From assembly GCA_039096225.1 (NCBI GenBank), contig JBBPEB010000002.1:186001-250000 (forward strand): 64,000 bases of DNA, given 5' to 3'. The stretch's first letter is position 1; the number at the start of each line of letters is the position of its first letter. The notes under the pieces are model-generated. The model did no database searches and was not told the origin of the DNA. It saw only the letters and a list, made by a program, of their open reading frames with translations. This DNA comes from Blastocystis sp. Blastoise. Its lineage: Eukaryota > Protista > Bigyra: Opalinata. A program made the position numbers and the translations under genes. Of the stretch, positions 60,428 to 64,000 are shown piece after piece.

Positions 60428-61607
60428 TTTGCTATCATTTTATATACCATTTAACTATAATATCAATTTTTCTTCTTCTTCTCTTTTTTCTTGATTTTAG
60501 TCAATTTTATTTTCTTTATTAATTATATATATAATATTTTTTTTTAAGCACTATAATATGTATTTGTTCTATTTTAAGCAATATAATTAATACAAGCAGT
60601 TTTTTTAGTTTACAGTATAACGATTATTGTAGTTATTAGAAATCAAAATTCATCGCAATCGTTTTTTATAAATTATATTTGAAATCCATTTAAAAAAAAA
60701 TATTTCTGTCGAAGTAATATACTAATTTAAATTATTAAGTTTGAGTAAAATATTCTATTCCATTCCTATTTAAAATAGACAAATACATGAGTAGAATATG
60801 TATATAATAAAAACATTATATATTACACTTTTAACTAATTCTGAGACAAATATTATTCATAGCAAAAATTATGTATAAAATATATAAATTAAAATAATAT
60901 TATTTAAACAACATAGTATAAAAAGTGTATTATAAATAATAGACACAAAAAAAAAAGCTGTATAAAATAGTTTTCCATCAAATGACATTCATCTTATAAG
61001 ATAGTCTTATGACTAAAAGATTATCAAAAATAATTCATATTGTAGAAATTACAAAGACTATGATTTATTTCTTTCATATTTGAATACTTCAAAATGAACC
61101 TTTAAGAAATACCTTTAAAAAATAGCTGATAATTGATTTGTTCTAACATGATAATGAAAATGCTCACCTAATTCATCATTATATAGTTTTTAATTCTAAG
61201 ATACATATAGATAACATACATATCTTTATATATCATATATTTTAATCATGAAATTGTTCATGACTGAATAGAATAAACTCAATATACAAAATAAACAGTG
61301 ATAACATCATATCTAAATATTCTAATAAACACTATATATATTGTAAATATAGGAACAATACATAAACAACGAATTCTAGAATAAATCATAGAATGAAATG
61401 GTAATTACTATATAACAGAGATTGAAAAATATGTAGTTATTTCTAAATATAGACTTCACTGTCAAACGCAACACTCACTTTTTTATGTATTGCTTTTATA
61501 GGAATAAAAACGAAAAACAAATAAAATATTTGTATTCATGGAAATCTACATGTATTTCCTTATTTTGAAAAAGTCTCCCAAGTTTATTATTCATTAATAA
61601 AATTATT

Positions 61608-63254
61608 ATGAAAATGAAGTTAGCTTTATTCTTAACTATTTTATTTTCTATTGCTGTATGTTCACTGTTTATTTCATATATATATATTATAGAGAGCTAC
61701 TATTATTGAGCTTGATAGTAATAATTTTGATGAAATAGTGGGTCATGATCTCCCAGTCTTCGTTAAATTCTATGCTACTGTATATATACATATATAAAAT
61801 CGTATTACTTTTGTGTTAATTTCATATAGTGGTGTAGTCATTGTAGAATATTAGTATCTATATGGGAACAAGTAGGTGAAACATTTAGTGAAAGGTATGT
61901 ATATCTTGAAATTATATTTTATATTAAATAATATTATTATTTAAATGATATAATTATAAAATTGTATATAGTGATGGTGTTATTATAGCACAAGTTGATG
62001 CAGACAAAGCCAGCGATTTATATACTCGATTTAAATTAGATGGTTATCCGACTCTTCTGTATTTCCCAAAGAATGAAATTGATACACCTATTGAATTTGG
62101 TCAAACCAGACAAATTAATGATTTAGTTCAATTTATTAATGAACAAACAGGTATTATTATGTTTATGGAATATATATATACTTGTATTAATGATCGGATT
62201 CACTTTTTTAAGGAATATTCATAGAGTATTATTGTTCTGTTTTTATTTTGTTGTATTTTTTTTCCTTTCTTCTTTCTTTTTTTTTCTTTCTTCTTTCTTT
62301 TTTACTTCTTCTTTCTATTTTTTTTCCTTTCTTCTTTCTATTCTTCTTTAGGTTTACATAAAGTACCAAAAGAGCTTTATAATCCAGTGGTTACATTAAC
62401 ACATCAAAATTACACTTCTACTATTAAGAATAATCCTTATATATTTATAAAATTTTATGCTCCATGGTGTGCGAATAGTCAAGTTTTTGCTCCTATTTGG
62501 AGACAAATAGCTATTATATTTTCTGAAGAAAAAGACGTATATATATATATATATAATAATAAATATTATAATAGAATGCAATATAAATTGTTATTTGTTA
62601 ACAATAAGCCTATTATGGAGATTTTATAAATTTTTAATTATCATTATAATAACAATGACAATTATATTTATTATTCTTTAAAAAGAGTTGCTTATTATTT
62701 ATATAGGTAGTTATTGCTGAATTGAATAACGATGTTTATCATAATATAGGTCAACGACTTGGTGTTACTGATTATCCAGCACTTTTTGTATATATATAGT
62801 TATATATATAACTTTTTAAAATAATTTTATATAGTTTTTTAAAGATGAAAAAGCTATAGAATATGAAGGTGAGCGTGATGTTGAGTCTTTAGTAGATTAT
62901 ATTAATACGAATACTGGTACCCAAAGAAGTATTGATGGTAGTCTAAAGCCTGAATATGGAATTCTTGAAGAATTCGAAGAAATCGTTAAATCATTTCCAA
63001 ATCTCACTCAGGAACATGCAGAACAAGCCAAAGAAATCACTAACAGATTACAAGGAAAATCTAAAGAATTCGCAAAAATCTATGTCTCTATAATTAACAA
63101 GATTGTTACAAATGGTGCTACTTATATTGATAACGAAAAAACACGAGTTCAAAACTTTATCGAATCTAAATCTGTTCTACCAAAACAAAAATATACATTC
63201 CGTATTCGTCAAAATATACTTAATCAGTTCAAATTATATGAATTTGAAGTGTAA
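61608..63254 (+). CDS. Protein disulfide isomerase, ERp38/PDI-D type (two thioredoxin domains plus ERp29c domain)
   Basis: Signal peptide MKMKLALFLTILFSIA; VKFYAT|WCSHC; GYPTL.YFPK; KFYAPWCANS; C-terminal YIDNEKTRV..RQNILNQF. Confidence 0.88.
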
Positions 63255-63784
63255 ATAGCAATCATATTTATGTTCATTTATTTATCTAGATACACCTAAA
63301 CATAATATACTATAATTTATATGTAAATATGTTTATATATGCTAATTTCTTTTTTTTATCTTTTCAAAAACTGTTTTGCTTCATTTGTAACATATCTACA
63401 ATAAACTAGTATATTAAAATCTATATTTACATGTCTTCAATTTACATATATCATCATAAATAATCAAATAAAATAGGAATTAAAAAAGGAACATTTTTTT
63501 TCATGAATTCAAAAGAATACCGCCAAAATATATTTAAATTACTAAATTTCTACGGGAATTTTCTTCTGATAAAGTCTGCACACAACCATTTTCAAAGAAG
63601 TTTCTCCATCCATCGAAAGATCAGACCCTATCTCCATGAATTCACGGGAATATATAACTTTATACGTAATATTTCTATTTTTCCAAGAAACAGAAAAAAT
63701 GATAAATAAAAGACCCTAAGTACCAAGTATTTATTTGTTTGTTTATTGAACACTTATCGTTTAGAACATATAACTTCGTTTAAA

Positions 63785-64000
63785 ATGTCAGAAACAAAAA
63801 TTGTGGAATGCCCTTTTAAAACAGGGCAAGTTTTCTATACAAGAAAAGAATTCCTAGAAGTTTTAAAAGAATATAAGCGTTCATCTCCTTATCGTCTGTT
63901 ATCAAAAAGAAATAAAGACAATCGTGTTCTTAAATGCTTTTATCCTGAATGTAAATTTGAGGTTCGTTTCATCGTTCGATTTAGAACTACCATTAATGAT
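63785..64000 (+). CDS. Start of a protein with a MuDR/FAR1-type (WRKY-GCM1 fold) DNA-binding domain; runs off the window
   Basis: MSETKIVECPFKTGQVFYTRKEFLEVLKEY..LKCFYPECKFEVRF matches the G..F....E......Y..C....C.F pattern. Confidence 0.6.
   Translation, partial: MSETKIVECPFKTGQVFYTRKEFLEVLKEYKRSSPYRLLSKRNKDNRVLKCFYPECKFEVRFIVRFRTTIND

Overview
Very AT-rich, intron-rich eukaryotic DNA (GT-AG introns full of (TA)n/(ATT)n), probably a protist; a stramenopile is my guess, not shown. The left ~39.5 kb is a nest of DNA transposons. It holds a non-autonomous Helitron (682-3363 +), a decayed DNA polymerase epsilon fragment and a full-length Helitron A (8066-18817 -). Helitron A abuts a 5'-truncated near-identical Helitron B (18818-24766 +), followed by the 5' end of a third Helitron C. 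These appear to split a CACTA/EnSpm-like transposase. Further right are an apparently intact six-exon MULE transposase with minisatellites and a further Helitron-like relic. The right ~24 kb holds host genes: Sec24, RPL39, PRORP, ZMAT5, a bacterial-type TsaE, an XMAP215/ch-TOG homologue, an ERp38-type PDI and the start of a MULE-type DNA-binding protein. Best leads: (1) a 68-nt tRNA-like cloverleaf with compensatory changes, carried antisense at the same position by both the autonomous and the non-autonomous Helitron; (2) an in-frame TGA splitting the RepHel zinc-finger motif in both coding copies; (3) an RPL39 intron with no GT donor, bounded by an 11-nt direct repeat; (4) repeated CCGCGG palindromes in exons. 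All exon models and family calls were made by eye from remembered motifs; no searches were run.
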